From NCBI GenBank assembly GCA_002269645.1, contig NIVC01000708.1, positions 62,001 through 126,000 on the forward strand: a DNA stretch of 64,000 nucleotides, in the 5' to 3' direction. Position 1 is the first letter of the stretch. Each line of letters opens with the position of its first letter. The stretch comes from Macrostomum lignano. Taxonomy: Eukaryota. Under the pieces are notes generated by a model. It did not search any database, was not told where the DNA came from, and saw only the letters and a list, made by a program, of their open reading frames with translations. Shown here one piece after another: positions 13,637 to 28,000 of the stretch. A program made the position numbers and the translations under genes.

Positions 13637-14103
13637 TGATGGAGGGTAGTTCGGGGTGCAAGTACGGCAGTGTGACTGTTGCAGCACAAGCTATCTTCAT
13701 CAACACGAACCAATACGAAGTATTTTTCGGTTCATTTTTTGACAAACAGGCGGTGCTTGCGATTTTCATTACCTTCAGCAAATTTCCTCATTTCGTGTGC
13801 CGTCGGCATTCCTGCAGTGCTGCCCGCGGGAGGCAAAGGGCAGATTCTTCATCTCTGCCGTCTGCTGCGTGTGCGACAGCTTCACCACTTTGGACAGCCG
13901 GACAGGGTTGGGGTATTTCATTTTTTATCAAAGATCCTCTGGGAGTCTGGATTGCGCTAGCGCTGCCGCCCCTGGCTGGCACTTACGGGATATTAAAAAT
14001 TCATATAGGGAATTTGCGAGTGGCACTGAGGCAGCTTCGCTTATCTTTGTTTTGTCGCGTGCTTTTGCACAGCTGACGGGATTTGCCAGGTTATGGGGAA
14101 CTG

Positions 14104-14373
14104 GCCTGACTGCAGGGTGCTGACCAGTCTGACTGCAGGGTGCTGACCAGCCTGACTGCAGGGTGCTGACCAGTCTGACTGCAGGGTGCTGACCAGCCTG
14201 ACTGCAGGGTGCTGACCAGTCTGACTGCAGGGTGCTGACCAGTCTGACTGCAGGGTGCTGACCAGTCTGACTGCAGGGTGCTGACCAGTCTGACTGCAGG
14301 GTGCTGACCAGCCTGACTGCAGGGTGCTGACCAGTCTGACTGCAGGGTGCTGACCAGTCTGACTGCAGGGTGC
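14104..14373. repeat. Minisatellite, 23-nt unit CTGACTGCAGGGTGCTGACCAGT
   Basis: Direct tandem repetition. Confidence 0.93.
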
Positions 14374-14794
14374 TTACCGCTATTTCTATTTTATTTACCA
14401 TTCTTTATTTGCATCAGAGAAAGCTGATTTTCAGATTATTTTATATTTGCATTACTAAAAGTAGTCAGTCAGAAGCAGTAGCAGAATAACTTGAAATTAA
14501 ACAGAAATGAATACTTGCTGTATTAGTAGTTGTCATCCATATGCCTGTATTTCAATGCTGTATTCAATAGAGCAAAATTTGATAATTTCTAAACATTTGC
14601 AATACTGAGTGAGCAGACAGTGCCAGTACTGGAAAGCATAATAATAATTTTTGTCATAGAATACAGCTTAGACGTGACTATCCGGACAATAAAGTGTCTA
14701 ATCCTTCTCTTCTTACAGGTGCAGCACAAGAGGTAGGCAGGAAAAGGCGAGGTTTATCATGAGATAAGAATGAAGAAATGACTAAGATTAATCA

Positions 14795-15880
14795 TAGCGA
14801 TTAGACATAGGAACAATGAGATTCACGATGAAATTAGAGATGGGATCAATGAGATTCATGATGAGATTAGAGATGGAATCAATGAGATTCATGATGAGAT
14901 TAGAGATGGAATCAATGAGATTCATGATGAGATTAGAGATGGAATCAATGAGATTCATGATGAGATTAGAGATGGAATCAATGAGATTCATGATGAGATT
15001 AGAGATGGAATCAATGGGATTCATGATGAGATTAGAGATGGGATCAATGAGATTCATGATGAGATTAGAGATGGAATCAATGAGATTCATGATGAGATTA
15101 GAGATGGAATCAATGAGATTCATGATGAGATTAGAGATGGAATCAATGGGATTCATGATGAGATTAGAGATGGGATCAATGAGATTCATGGTGAGATTAG
15201 AGATGGAATCAATGAGATTCATGATGAGATTAGAGATGGGATCAATGACATTCATGATGAGATTGGAGATGGGAACAATGAGATTAATGGTGAGATTAGA
15301 GGTGAGATCAATGAGATTCATGGTGAGATTGAAGATGGGATCATTGAGGTTCATGATGAGATTAGAGATAGGATCAATGAGATTCATGGTGAGATTAGAG
15401 GTGGAATCAATGAGATTCATGATGAGATTAGAGATGGAATCAATGGGATTCATGGTGAGATTAGAGATAGGATCAATGAGATTCATGATGAGATTAGAGA
15501 TGGAATCAATGGGATTCATGATGAGATTAGAGATGGAATCAATGAGATTCATGATGAGATTAGAGATGGAATCAATGGGATTCATGGTGAGATTAGAGAT
15601 AGGATCAATGAGATTCATGATAAGATTAGAGATGGCATCAATGGGATTCATGGTGAGATTAGAGATGGAATCAATGAGATTCATGATGAGATTAGGGATG
15701 GGACCAATGAGATTCATAATGAGATTGGAGATGGGAACAATGAGATTAATAGTGAGATTAGAGATGGGATCAATGAGGTTCATGATTAGATTAGATATGG
15801 GATCAATGATGTTCATGATGAGATTAGACATGGGAACAAATAGATTCATGGTGAGATTTGCGATGAGAGCTATGTTAAGA
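14795..15880. repeat. Minisatellite, 33-nt unit GATGGAATCAATGAGATTCATGATGAGATTAGA
   Basis: Direct tandem repetition with degenerate ends. Confidence 0.93.
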
Positions 15881-16045
15881 TTGATTGCAGTGTTATGAAG
15901 TTTGAAGTTTAACTTTAACATGTTAACGATGTCAGGAATTGATTTGATTTCGAAGGCAAGAGACCCATGAAATTGACATTAATGTCAGGCATGAACAAAT
16001 GAATGGCACAGATGAACTTCTGCAGTTGCATTTGGTGCGCCCTGA

Positions 16046-19000
16046 TCAGCGGGTTTGGCAGAGTTGCCATGCCATCAGCAACAGCGGTGCAGCAAGCTGA
16101 CGGCTCAGCCAAGGGCACTCGGCGACCGGAGGAGCTCCATTGTTGAGACCGGAAAAAAGTACGCCTGGACCTTCGGGGCGGGATGGTTCGTGATTGAATC
16201 ACAGAGCTAGTCTAAGACACCCTTGAAACCCCTGACCCATCACATCCCTCACTGACACCCCCTGACCCATCACATCCCTCACTGACACCCCCTGACCTAT
16301 CACATCCCTCACTGACACCCCCTGACCCATCACATCCCTCACTGACACCCCCTGACCCATCACATCCCTCACTGACACCCCCTGACCCATCACATCCCTC
16401 ACTGACCCCCCTGACCCATCACATCCCTCACTGACACCCCCTGATCCATCACATCCCTCACTGACACCCCCTGACCCATCACATTCCTCACTGACACCCA
16501 CTGACCCATCACATCCGTCACTGACACCCCCTGACCCATCACATCCCTCACTGACACCCCCTGACCCATCACATCCCTCACTGACACCCCTGACCCATCA
16601 CATCCCTCACTGACAACCCCTGACCCATCACATCCCTCACTGACACCCACTGACCCATCACATCCCTTACTGACAACCCCTGACCCATCACATCCCTCAC
16701 TGACACCCCTGACCCATCACATCCCTCACTGACAACCCCTGACCCATCACATCCCTCACTGACACCCACTGACCCATCACATCCCTTACTGACACCCCCT
16801 GACCCATCACATCCCTCACTGACACCCCTGATCCATCACATCCCTCACTGACACCCACTGACCCATCACATCCCTTACTGACACCCCCTGACCCATCACA
16901 TCCCTCACTGACACCCCTGATCCATCACATCCCTCACTGACAACCCCTGACCCATCACATCCCTCACTGACACCCCCTGACCCATCACATCCCTCACTGA
17001 CACCCACTGACCCATCACATCCCTTACTGACACCCCCTGACCCATCACATCCCTCACTGACACCCCTGATCCATCACATCCCTCACTGACAACCCCTGAC
17101 CCATCACATCCCTCACTGACAACCCCTGACCCATCACATCCCTCACTGACACCCCCTGACCCATCACATCCCTCACTGACAACCCCTGACCCATCACATC
17201 CCTCACTGACACCCCCTGACCCATCACATCCCTCACTGACAACCCCTGACCCATCACATCCCTCACTGACACCCGTCACATGCTAAGGAGCGAATGCCGG
17301 TCACTCACTGGTTCGCCCCTCAAAGAAGTAGTTCGCGTGGAAGCCCGCAGCTGAGTACTGGCTGTTGCTGACGAAGCTGAGCCGCAGGCAGGAGGTCCGC
17401 CGAGTCACCGAGTAGGCGGTGCCCGGCTCCGGCTTGCCGCAGAACGTCTGCAGCCTGTAGTTGGGTCGGTGGCACTCCTCCACCAGCACGTAGTCACTGT
17501 CGCCTGGCAGGCAGCTGGAGCAGCGGGGCGGGGCGGGAGGATTTTTTATTGGGAGTGACTGAGAGCAGTTGGGAGTAACTGAGAATAGCTGGGAGTGACT
17601 GAGAGCAGCTTGGAGCAACTGAGAATAGCTTGGAGTGACTGAGAGCAGCTGGGAGTGACTGAGAGCAGCTGGGAGTGACTGAGAGCAGCTGGGAGTGACT
17701 GAGAGCAACTGGGAGTGACTGAGAGCAGCTCGGAGTGACTGAGAGCAACTGGGATTGACTGAGAGCAACTGGGATTGACTGAGAGCAACTGGGATTGACT
17801 GAGAGCAGCTGGGATTGACTGAGAGCAGCTGGGAGTCACTGAGAATAGCTGGGAGTGACTGAGAGCAACTGGGAGTGACCGAGAGTAGCTGGCAGTTACA
17901 GAAACCGACAGGGAGTTACAGAAACCGACAGGGAGTTACAGAAACCGACAGGGAGTTACAGAAACCGACAGGGAGTTACAGAAACCGACAGGGAGTTACA
18001 GAAACCGACAGGGAGTTACAGAAACCGACAGGGGGTTACAGAAACCCCTGTCATCCTTTCTGTAACAGGGAGTTACAGAAACCGACAGGGAGTTACAGAA
18101 ACCGACAGGGAGTTACAGAAACCGACAGGGAGTTACAGAAACCGACAGGGAGTGACAGAAACCAAGAAGGAGTAACAAAAACAGACACAAATGAGACTTT
18201 AGGATCGTGACCAAGAACCTCGGAGGGTGTCAGAATCTCCCAACCGCACTCACAGCCGGGAGGACTCGGTGTCATAGTTGGTGAACTCAATCCTGATTCG
18301 CTCCTCAGGCCTGGCCAAGAACACGTAGTGGCAGGCCAGGCTCTCCGGGTAGGCGTGCGGGTAGTTGGGGCTGGTGAAGCTGCCCGTGGAGCTCTGCCAG
18401 CTGCGGAACTCAAAGTAGCAGCCCACGCTGCGGTTCTGCACCTTGAACTCGCCGCTCACACCGAAGTCTGCGGTTCAAGAGCAAGCGGTACAAGTTTTTG
18501 TAAGCTGTACATAAGGACCAATCCCTCCCTCCCAGCCAATTGCAGGCCTCCCAGCCAAAATCGCAGGCCTCCCAGCCAATCGCAGGCCTCCCAGCCAATC
18601 GCATGCCTCCCAGCCAATCGCAGGCCTCCCAGCCAATCGCAGGCCTCCCAGCCAATCGCAGGCCCTCGAGCTCACCCCGTACGAAGCTGTAGGAGAACTC
18701 AAGACCGCCCCGAGTCCTCGAGTCGGCCGTGGCATTGAAAGTGACGAGCAGGCGGCCCAGACTCGAGCTCATGACGCGCACCGGGTGGTCGCGGCTCACC
18801 TGGCAGAAGACCAGCGGTGGCGCCGCCTCCTGCCGCTCCCTGCCGGGCTCCTTCAGGAACTTGGTAACCAGCACCCGGTCCGCGGAGCTCCTGGCGCTGC
18901 AGCCGGAGCCGCTCAGAGCGCCACCGGTCGCTGGCGCCGGCTCGAGGTCGACGTGCCGCAGCTCGACGACGATCCGCTCGCCGCCGGCCGCCCGCAGGTC

Positions 19001-22000
19001 CCAGGTGCAAACTCCGCGACGATAGCCGAGAGGAAAGTCGCGAGTTCGAGCCACCCCGGACATCGGCGCGGAGCCCCGGATGACCACCGGCTCTGCCGGA
19101 CAGTCGGGTGAGGAGGCTTCGGCGGTCGACGGCTGCGGAGGCCGCGGTCGGGCTGCGGGCGGCTCCGAGACGGGTGGCGCTGGCGAAGGCCGCGGCGGCT
19201 CCGGCGGCACAGCGGACCGGCGGAAGAACCGGTAGGTGGCGGCAAAGCCGAGCTCGCCAGGGCCGACGACGCCGTCGGAGCGGAACTCGAGCGTCAAGTA
19301 GCGGCCCTCCGACCAGAAGTCATCGACGGAGCGGCTGCCGCAGCGGGCGGACACGCGGTTGCTGAAGTCGGCGCCGTACCCGTCGAAGATCAGCAGGCGG
19401 TCGCCGGCGAAGTCCAGGCCGCAGGTCCTGTCGGCGGGGTGGCGGCGGAGCTGGTTTCCTAGAAACATGCTTGTACTTTTCGGCATCTGAAAATCTTGGG
19501 ATCTAAAAAACTCGGGTTCTGAAAAATTTGGGATTCGAAAATTTTAGGAACAGAAAAACTCGGGATCTAAACATTTTGGGATCTGAAAATTCATGATTTA
19601 AAAATTTAGGATCTGAAAATTTCTGGGATCTGAAAATTGTGGGATTTGAAAAATTTGGGATCTGAAGAATTTGGGATCTGAATCCCAAATCCCAAATCTG
19701 AAAATTTTGGGATTTAAAAAATTTGGGATCTGAAGAATTCGGGATCTGAATCCCAAATCCCAAATCTGAAAATTTTGGGATCTGAAAAATTCAGGATTTA
19801 AACAATTAAGGATCTGAAAAATTAGGGATCTTAAAAATTTTGGGATCTAAAAAAGTCGGATCAGGATTTTTGGGATTTATAAAATTTGGGATCTGAAAAA
19901 ATCTGAAAGTGTGGATTTGAGCTCCGTCGGCTCACCCAGTTCCGGTGCCCAGGCTGAAGCTGCTGAAGCTGATGCAGACGGTCTCGTCAGGCTCGGCAAA
20001 GAACCGGTAGATGACCCGAGTGAGCGGCGGGTAGGCGCTGGGGAAGTCCGGGCTGGTGACCGCGCCCTCCTTCTTCCCGCTGCTGCTGAAGAACTGCAGC
20101 TGGCGCTCCGAGTACTGCCGCGGCCGTTTCGTTGGGTAGCCTGGGGGCGGCGCGGCGGTTAGGGCAGTTCAGATTGACAGGTGGGCTGGAGTGGGTGGGA
20201 CTGCAGGACCTTCAGAAGTTCCCGTTTTTTTCGAATCCTGAGGTCCTTCACAAGGTCCCGTTTCTCGAATCCCGAAGTCCTTCAGAAGGTCCCGCTTCTC
20301 AAATCTTGAGGTTCTTCAGAAGGTCCCGTTTCTCGAATCCCGAGGTCCTTCAGAAGGTCCCGCTTCTCGAATTCTCAGGAACTTCAGAAGATCCCCCTTC
20401 TCGAATCCCAGGGCACGCAGGGTTTCCGGGGAACGAGCTGGCAGACACCCTCGCCAAGAGGGGCGGCTCTGGCTCTTTCTTCGGCCCTGCCCCCCTGGTC
20501 CCTATGCCCTTGACAGTCATCAATCGTCAGATCGACGACTGGGCTGACTCCCTCCACAGGGACAGATGGGCGGGCACCCAAAACTGCCGGCAATCTCGTG
20601 CCGCGGTTCCTTGCCCGTCTCACAGGCTCAGAAACATCCTTCTAAACCAGAATCGGAAGGATATCCGAGCCCTTGTCATGACCCTTACCGGCCATGGCTA
20701 CCTCGCCAGGCACTGCTTCCTCCGAGGCGACCTCGAGAGCGAACTTGCCCCTTTTGCGAGTGCGACAATGAAGATGCTCAGCACTTTGTCTGTCACTGCC
20801 CTTTCTTTAACAGAGACCGGCTACGCTACCTCAGGCCGAACCCGTCCATTGACGAGGTCTGCCAGCCCGACAGCATCTCACGGCTCATCCAGTTCCTTCG
20901 GGCGACTAGACGAGCCAGTTTCTTCCCAACGGAAGATCACGCTGCAGGACGGACCGGCGGACCACCCTGACCGGCCCCACGCCTCTGCCTGTCTGCGGGC
21001 CTTCAGGGGCTAGCGGAATGGGCGACCCTCGCCTCCCCGCTGTGTCTACGGACCACCCTGCAGCTAAGTCAAGTAAGTCCCCCTTCTCGAATCCTCAGGT
21101 CCTTCAGAAGGTCCCGCTTCTCGAATTCTCACGAACTTCAGAAGGTCCCGTTTCTCAAATCCTGAGGTCCTTCAGAAGGTCCTGTTTCTCGAATCCCGAA
21201 GTCCTTCAGAAGTTCCCGCTTCTAGAATCCTCAGGAACTTCAGAAGGCCCTGCTTCTCGAATCCTCAGGAACTTCAGAAGGCCCTGCTTCTCGAATTCTC
21301 AGAAACTTCAGAAGGCCCCGCTTCCCGAATCCTCAGGGACTCCACAAGGTCCCCCTTCTAGAATCCTCAGGAACTTCAGAAGGCCCTGCTTCTCGAATCC
21401 TCAGGAACTTCAGAAGGCCCTGCTTCTCGAATTCTCAGAAACTTCAGAAGGCCCCGCTTCCCGAATCCTCAGGGACTCCACAAGGTCCCCCTTCTAGAAT
21501 CCTCAGGAACTTCAGAAGGCCCTGCTTCTCGAATCCTCAGGAACTTCAGAAGGCCCTGCTTCTCGAATTCTCAGAAACTTCAGAAGGCCCCGCTTCCCGA
21601 ATCCTCAGGGACTCCACAAGGTCCCCCTTCTCGAATTCTCAAGAACTTCAGAAGGCCCCGCTTCCCGAATCCTCAGGGACTTCAAAAGACATCTTAGGCA
21701 GGCTTTCCCCAAATCCCCAACCAATGACTCCCTCAATTCTGACCTTCTCCAAGCGCCGCTCCCGCAGCCACCCTGTCCATAGGCTGGGTGGGCTGCAGCA
21801 TGTGCCTGGCAACAAAGGCGAACCGACCAGCAAAGCCAGAACCGGTGTGCTCATCTGAGTTGGCCCGAAAGCGGAGCTTGAGCAGGCCGGCCGGGCTCAC
21901 CACCTGCTGCCGGGAGGCGGGGGCGCAGCGGGTGGAGAAGCTGGCAAGCAGGTTGGCGTCTTCCTTGTCGGAGTCGAAGATGAGCACTCGGTCCTGGCTG

Positions 22001-25000
22001 GGAGGGTCGGCGAGTCGGCAGCCGGTGCCGTTGTCGGCGTCCGTGTCGCTGCCCAGGCTCAGGCCTTGAAGGTCCAGACGGATTCGCTCGCCTGGCAGCG
22101 CGCGGAACACGAAAGTACATGCGATGCCCGGCGGGTAGTTCTGCGGGTGCCTGGGCGAGAAGAACCGGCCAGACTTCGTCTGCTGGCTGCTCAGGAACTG
22201 CTGGTCGCAGTCTGAGTTGGGCACCGGCTGACCGTCCGACTTGTACTGATCTGCCGGGTGAGGGAGAGGACACAGTGTGTGTGTGTGTCAGTGCTGCTCT
22301 GCCGGATGAGGGAGAGGACACAGTGTGTGTGTCAGTGCTGCTCTGCCGGGCGAGGGAGAGGACACAGTGTGTGTCAGTGCTGCTCTGCCGGGTGAGGGAG
22401 AGGACACAGCGTGTGTCAGTGCTGCTCTGCCGGGTGAGGGAGAGGACACAGTGTGTGTCAGTGCTGCTCTGCCGGGTGAGGGAGAGGACACAGTGTGTGT
22501 CAGTGCTGCTCTGCCGGGTGAGGGAGAGGACACAGTGTGTGTCAGTGCTGCTCTGCCGGGTGAGGGAGAGGACACAGTGTGTGTCAGTGCTGCTCTGCCG
22601 GGTGAGGGAGAGGACACAGTGTGTGTCAGTGCTGCTCTGCCGGGTGAAGGAGAGGACACAGTGTGTGTCAGTGCTGCTCTGCCGGGTGAGGGAGAGGACA
22701 CAGTGTGTGTCAGTGCTGCTCTGCCGGGTGAGGGAGAGGACACAGTGTGTGTCAGTGCTGCTCTGCCGGGTGAGGGAGAGGACACAGTGTGTGTCAGTGC
22801 TGCTCTGCCGGGTGAAGGAGAGGACACAGTGTGTGTCAGTGCTGCTCTGCCGGGTGAGGGAGAGGACACAGTGTGTGTCAGTGCTGCTCTGCCGGGTGAG
22901 GGAGAGGACACAGTGTGTGTCAGTGCTGCTCTGCCGGGTGAGGGAGAGGACACAGTGTGTGTCAGTGCTGCTTGGCTGTCAATCTCAGATGCAATATTGA
23001 GCAGTCCGCAGTGACGCGGAACTCAATTCCTGGTATGCCGGATATTTTAATGAAGAGGCTGCATGCTCCCCGGGCATCTCACTGCCAAGCCTTTTTCATG
23101 CTGCAGACAACTTTGCATACGGCCTTTAATTAGCATTGATTTTTTTGTCTCAGAAACTACTCGCTTGAAATTCGGGAAATGGCTTTAGGAGATGCGGTGA
23201 GGACCCGGAGACAGGGCTGCTCGGTATATTCGAATTGTGGCAAGATAGGGGAGAGAAACTGCAAAAAAATTAAGCAGAAGGCCGGTCTTTCAGGCTGTGT
23301 GAGCAGGGAGGCAATGTGAGCAGGGAGGCTGTGTGAGCAGGGAGGCAATGTGAGCAGGGAGGCTGTGTGAGCAGGGAGGCTGTGTGAGCAGGGAGGCAAT
23401 GTGAGCAGGGAGGCTGTGTGAGCAGGGAGGCTGTGTGAGCAGGGAGGCTGTGTGAGCAGGGAGGCTGTGTGAGCAGGGAGGCTGTGTGAGCAGGGAGGCT
23501 GTGTGAGCAGGGAGGCTGTGTGAGCAGGGAGGCTGTGTGAGCAGGGAGGCTGTGTGAGCAGGGAGGCTGTGTGAGCAGGGAGGCTGTGTGAGCAGGGAGG
23601 CTGTGTGAGCAGGGAGGCTGTGTGAGCAGGGAGGCTGTGTGAGCAGGGAGGCTGTGGGAGCAGTGAAGGGGACTCACCAACCGGGATGAAATGGAAGGAT
23701 CCCCTGAACCCTGAGTAGCGCCGCACGGGCTGGTATTCGGTGTGCAGCTCCAGCATGAGAATCCTGGTGGACGAGTAGAAGTTCCGCTGCGGCAGCCGAT
23801 GGCCGCAGAGCTCGGAGTTTGGCCGGTCCGAGGGGCTGAGCTCGGCTCGAGGGCTGTCGAGGAAGAGGCGGACGAAGTCCTCGCACCTGCGGCCGGTTTG
23901 AGCACGAAAATTGGGAATGTTCGTTCCTGGATTTCTGAGTTCATACTGTGAGTCACCAACTCAGAACCCTAAGTCACCATAACTCACCTAAAACCTAAAA
24001 CACACCTGAAACATTACTAAATAAAACATTATTAAAACACACCTAAATCTCACCTAAAACACACCTAAACCACACCTAAACGACACCTAAAACACACCTA
24101 AACCACACCTAAACCACACCTAAAACACACCTAAGCCACACCTAAAACACACCTAAACCACACCTAAAACACACCTAAAACACACCTAAACCACACCTAA
24201 ACCACACCTAAACCACACCTAAAACACACCTAAGCCACACCTAAAACACACCTAAACCACACCTAAAACACACCTAAGCCACACCTAAGCCACACCTAAA
24301 ACACACCTAAAACACACCTAAACCACACCTAAAACACACCTAAGCCACACCTAAAACACACCTAAACCACACCTAAAACACACCTAAGCCACACCTAAAA
24401 CAGATAAGAAACCAGCAAAGAACTTAAACGACAGGGCAGTTTTTTTCAAATTTAAGAGCTGTGCCGCCAGTCCCGCAAGCAAGTTGGACTGAACTCTTCA
24501 AAGCTCGGATCCCGGGTTGCTAGGGCAGCTAGGGATTTGCTGCACTGAGCTGATCGCAGCGAGCTGGGCGGCCAAGCTAATTACAGGGTGGGGTGGGGAC
24601 TGGAGGACTTTCAGAGTTGAATGCGTAGTCCCAATCCCAGTTCAAGGGGATCTAAAAACTTGAAAATTCCTACTGTGTCGCTTTTCGAACATTGCGAGCG
24701 CATTAACACAGTGTTTTTCATTCATTCTAACTTTGCATCGAGACCAGCTCAGAAATCCCATGCATGACAATCCCAATTGTTTTGATGTTTGTTTGAAATT
24801 CAATAAGAGAAATATTTGCTAACCCAAAGTCTAGCTCATGGTCTCCTTGACCAGCCCCTAGGGACTGCACCACTGCTCACAGGGAGGTGGCAGGTGCTTT
24901 CGGCTGAGCGATCAGCCTGCAGTAATACTAGGTTTGAGCACAAAGACGCTTAGTATGGCTTGGAACTGGCTACCCTGCCTTTATGCATTCTCTGTCCGAA

Positions 25001-28000
25001 CTGAATTCCCAGTTTCTGTTGGGGCTCGTTGTGTAGCCAGATATTCTACTACAAATATTCTACTCCAGATATTCTACCCCAGATATTCTACTCCAGATAT
25101 TCTACTCCAGATATTCTACTCCAGATATTCTACTCCAGATATTCTACTCCGGATATTCTACTCTAGATATTCTACTCCAGATATTCTACTCCGGATATTC
25201 TACTCTAGATATTCTACCCCAGATATTCTACTCCAGATATTCTACTCAAGATATTCCACTCCAGATATTCTACCCCAGATATTCTACTCCAGATATTCTA
25301 CTCCAGATATTCTACTCCAGGTATTCTACTCCAGATATTCTACTCCAGATATTCTACTCCATTCCCCATCCGCTGACTCACCTTGAGTTCCCCGGCCGCT
25401 TAGGCTTGAGCGAGAACTCCTGGAAGCTGAGGTGCACGATCTCGCCCACGTCGGCAACAAAAACGTACAGCAGGCAGGGCAGCTGCAGCGGGTAGGGCTG
25501 CGGGTGCCTCGGAGATTTGAACACGCCCGACTTTTTGGTTCGGGCGCTTTGAAACTGTCGACAGCGGCAGCCTGTGGGGATGAGAATTTGGAGATTTATT
25601 GTTTATAATTTCCTATGTATTATGTACCGGTATATTATAAATTAGGTACATGAATGAAATCTTTGCTTTATAGATATGATTACAAATTAAGCTTTTAGCG
25701 TTCTTAGAGATCATGTGTACGCTCCCATTGCATCCTTAGCAACATAACTCTTGAAACTTTAACGTCCCTAGCAGCATTTTCCTAGCAACTTTGGCAACCC
25801 CTAGCAACAAAAGTGTCACCTTGACGTCCCTATCAACAAGCCAACAATGACCTCCACTTTGGTGACCTTAAGCGTCTCTAGCAACCTTACCCTCCATCTG
25901 CATCCCCCAGAAATGTGTCTGATTCCTGTGATTGCCAAGGTTGCCATTGCTACAAACAACAGGAAATGGTGGCTGTAATGGACTGTAGATTTTTCTTCCC
26001 CTAAAAGCAAATATTTGATCATATTAAACTTCCATCACTATAGTAGCCCTAGCCTAAAATTGCTCTCCAAATTTCTATTAGCTAAATTGTATCAAATGCT
26101 GCCTGTCTAATCGAAGCGATGGCCAGCCAACTACCAATTCTACTAAGTGCTCTCCTCTTCTCATATCATGTCATGATGATGATGGATTCCAGTTCCAGCC
26201 AGGCCCAGTGCGACTTAAACAACCCCCCCCCCCCGAGGCACTGCAAGTTGCAACCAGCGACAATGATGGATAGATGGATGAAAATGCGAATTTGAAGTGA
26301 TACGAGGCATTAAGAAATTGACTCTGGCATCGAAACAGGCTGCAGGCTACAGCTTTAAGTTTAAAAAATGAAAAGTATCTTGTTGGCCGTTGTGGAAGCA
26401 CATTGGTTGGAAGTTCGTAGTTGAAGAAGTAAGTTAACTTAAATACAAAATTAAATATTATACTCGTACTAACCGCTGTGGGGACGGGAGCGAATCTCGC
26501 ATTCTGCTCAGCTTCATTCTAAAGGTCGACCATTATAGTAATTAATATAATAAGCCTAGGTCGCAAGACTCGCAATGCCCCTAATAAATTGCCACCGCAG
26601 TTTGGTTTGGACTTTGGATTGAGGCTGCCATCTTCACCACTTAGACTAGATAGAAGAAATTCGGCATTTGCAACTGAGGTAAGGAGATGCGAAGACCGAG
26701 AAAATAGGAAATATATGGCTAAACTTCAGATTAGAAATCCCGCGGTCCACTTTTATTTTAAGTGAGCAGAAAGCAGCAAACAGTACAGTACAGTACGCAG
26801 TAAGCCAAAAGAACGAAATTTGAAGCCTCAGAGTACATTGTATGAGACACACCAGTAAATTCTTTATAAACAAATGTACATTTACGCCGCGTAAACAGGG
26901 CAGCCACACTAATGTACATGATGCCCTCGGCAAATAGTAGGAGAGGCTATCTGTACATTCATTATTAAATCGATAAAGCAGCTCGCGGCTGATGGCTAGC
27001 CGTGTAATCCACTAAGTCAGAAACCCCCGGCTGAACCCACGCTCGGCTAGCCGTACTGGCTGATCAGATAAAGCATCGAGAATTCTACCCCACGCTCCAC
27101 TCCCAGTCAAGCCAACCTTCAGCGATGTACGAGCTACATTGATAAACCGGTGCATATACATTCAGTTCTTAACCGAGGATAGGAAAATTCCTCACGCCCA
27201 AAAGACTGTACAGTGTGCAGTAAGCCAATAGACAAAAAATCGATACTTCTCTTTAAGCCAATTCAAATCTTGTCTTTATTAACTTTACCATACTATTTAT
27301 ATAGACAGCTTGACTATTATATTATTCAAAAAATTACTGGGTACCAGCGTAGCTATAAGCAACTTTTATGGCTTTTTCTACCACGCTTACATCCTAGATC
27401 CCAACCCTTGAATTCCCATCGGGAACTCATAGCAATGTCAATTCCAGCCTAACACCATGTCGGCTTGTAGTAATGTGTAGCCATCCATTTATTGACGAAG
27501 TGTTACAGAAATTCAGATGGGACTCGATCATTCATGCCTCTTAAATCCCTAACCTAACGTAGCCCCCCGGCCCCCCTGCAGTGCAGCAGCCACCGCCCAT
27601 TTATCCATGACGATGACGCTTTTGTTTGGCAAGGCTAATTGGTTGATGCACGTAGCAGCAGCCCCCTAAAGCCCTTGATAGTTTTAATATGAGGCGCCAG
27701 GGAGCACCACGGCAGGAAAGGGATCAGGAAAAGTGCGGACTTCTGCTAGTGCTTCGGCGGTGACAGCTCTGCGCTCCCCCAGCCTCTCCCTCTCCCTCGC
27801 CCCCTCTCGCAAATCAAATCTAATTATCGTGGCACTAATTAGCCCCCCCCCGTGCAGGGACGAGGATGGAATGGAAGTGGAGGTGGCTTGAGCAAAAGGA
27901 AACACTGTGCAAGGGCGTGCATGTGCTCACCCGCTGAGCTGAGTCAGTTAAGACCACAAGCTCATATGAGTACGTTTATTTGCTTCAAAAAAGAAATTCC

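Noticed and set aside
10179-13781. ORFs of 350-1163 aa
   Set aside because: Stop-free translation of a 20-nt tandem repeat in all three minus frames. The same applies to the ORFs over the other arrays (2687, 4115, 14788, 22119, 30697, 35799, 44457, 50696 etc.).
19451-19486. ORF-track start MPKSTSMFLGNQ for the large CUB exon
   Set aside because: Intronic; the phase-2 acceptor at 19428-19430 fits the upstream donor and the C-rich acceptor style.
22251-22970. CRISPR-like or other spacer arrays
   Set aside because: All arrays are head-to-tail repeats with no unique spacers, in a eukaryotic context with no cas genes.
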